Shown here piece by piece: positions 62,456 through 64,000 of a stretch of DNA of 64,000 nucleotides. The stretch lies in contig CM052816.1 of NCBI GenBank assembly GCA_028534125.1, positions 36,768,001 through 36,832,000 on the forward strand, given 5' to 3'. This DNA is from Lama glama (lineage: Eukaryota). Made by a program: the position numbers and the translations under genes. Each line of letters opens with the position of its first letter. The stretch's first letter is position 1. The notes under the pieces are model-generated. The model worked only from the letters and a program-made list of their open reading frames with translations, made no database searches and had not been told where the DNA came from.

Positions 62456-62924
62456 TGGGGGTTTCTGAGAGCAGTTTTAACTTTATGCTTCTCCAGATTT
62501 CATCAGGAATACTCTTATCCCTTTCGATCTTCCTTGGCACTGTACCTGGCATGATAATTGTTGACTGGTTACTTCTACAAGGAGTAAGTTTTTAAGTTGA
62601 ACCTTGTGTATTGCCTAAAAATTAAGTTTAGTTTCTCCTAATATACCAGGTTTTTTTTTTTCTTTTGGTAGGAAGAAATAGCAAGTGGGTTAGAGCAGGA
62701 GGATTTAATTCCTGAAACAATTAAAGAAATTACATTGAAATTTTAAAACAAAAATGCAGCCTGTATAACTCGATAGCAGAAATTACTCCTAATAGCATAT
62801 TTTGACTCTTTTATTTTTTATTTTTTTGTTATATACATACACATTTATAGACAAACAGACATGCTTTTACAGGAATAGAATACCTCTGGAAGGATACATG
62901 AGGGAGGGAGCTTTATTTTTCACT

Positions 62925-63062
62925 TTTCTTGTTTGTTTTTGTTTTTTTGGGGGGTAATTAGGTTGGTTTGTTTCTTTATTTAATGGTGGTACTGGGGAAT
63001 GAACCCAGGACCTCATACATGCTAGGCATGCACTCTACCACTGTGCTACCTACCCTCTTTCC
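62925..63062 (-). mobile_element. vic-1-like SINE
   Basis: 'ggtactggggaatgaacccaggacctcatacatgctaggcatgcactctaccactgtgcta' plus the 'ggggggtaattagg' tail. Confidence 0.92.
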
Positions 63063-64000
63063 ACTTATATTTATTTACATGCAAATACATTGCCTCAAAC
63101 AATATTTTTTAATTACAAAAGAAAAATGAAATTAATGTCATCTCTCTTACACCTATGTTGGCATAATCCCAGGTTAATAAAGCTCTGAGAGAAAAACCAA
63201 AGGTAACCTGGGACTTAAAATAAATAACCTAAATTTTTATTTATTAAACTGTAAATTTCACAGTAGTAGAATTGTCCACAAATTTACTTTTTTGCTTTAT
63301 ATGTTTAGCAAAGTGTTTACACATAATGGATTTTTAAGAAACACTTACTTAATAAGTAAATAGACACCACTTTGAGTAAAAATCCTACTATACAATCTGG
63401 TATGTGAGGAATACTGGCATACTGAGAGCATTTCTTCAGCTACTATAAGTCAGCTTAATTTTGATTCCAAGCTTTCATTTCATGGGGACTTAAGAAAAAT
63501 CCTATCTCAGTGTCCACCTATGCTCTTTTGCTTCCAGGAGCTGGATAAGAATTCCAGGGAGGTAACTCGCAGGCAGTGTTTATCAATGGGCAGTGTGTTC
63601 TGGCTTCCATGGTCCTTTCCAATCTGTTATTTTGTCTCATTTGGGCACTGAGAATCTTAGGCTGTAGACCTATGGTGTAGGATCTGACCTTCTCATGCAC
63701 CAAGCAGCCTTGGCCCCAGAGAATATCCTAGCTCCCTGCCAGGGTACTGCCAGAGACTTAGCCCAGCCCCATTTGCTCACATGACTCATGCCTATCTCTC
63801 CCCTTTCCAGAAATATTGAGTCAGTGAAGCACATTTTTCCTTCATCCTCTTTATTCCCCTTGGGTCTACAACAAAACTGCCCTGAATTCTAAATGGCTGA
63901 AAATGGTACTTCTTGTACATAGATAGATTTTAGGGTCAAAAAAGAAATATCACAAAAATTATCTGGTCATATACATCAATTCTTTGAAAAAGTCATGACA

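Overview
This is AT-rich, CpG-poor mammalian DNA, very likely camelid (Camelus/Vicugna/Lama), because it carries four copies of a tRNA-derived SINE matching the camelid vic-1 family. I could not identify any intact protein-coding gene, tRNA, rRNA or CRISPR array. The ORF track consists of chance ORFs or decayed transposon ORFs. The window looks like a large intron or intergenic stretch filled with fossil repeats (L1, L2, CR1/L3, MIR, MaLR/ERVL LTRs, and MER5, MER58, Tigger and hAT DNA transposons). Two degenerate class III (ERV-L-like) proviruses lie on the minus strand: one retains LTR-gag-pro (about 30.1-32.5 kb) and the other LTR-RT-RNaseH-LTR (about 50.1-52.9 kb). Other notable items are a candidate L1 3' transduction (24.55-25.56 kb), a twin-primed inverted L1 with a nested SINE (53 kb), a perfect 15-bp palindrome (55.3 kb), a p53-type half-site cluster (5.7 kb), transcription-factor motif clusters and several unassigned exon-like segments. 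I found no convincing novel biological system. Repeat family names come from recalled consensus sequences, and boundaries are approximate unless a target-site duplication (TSD) is given.
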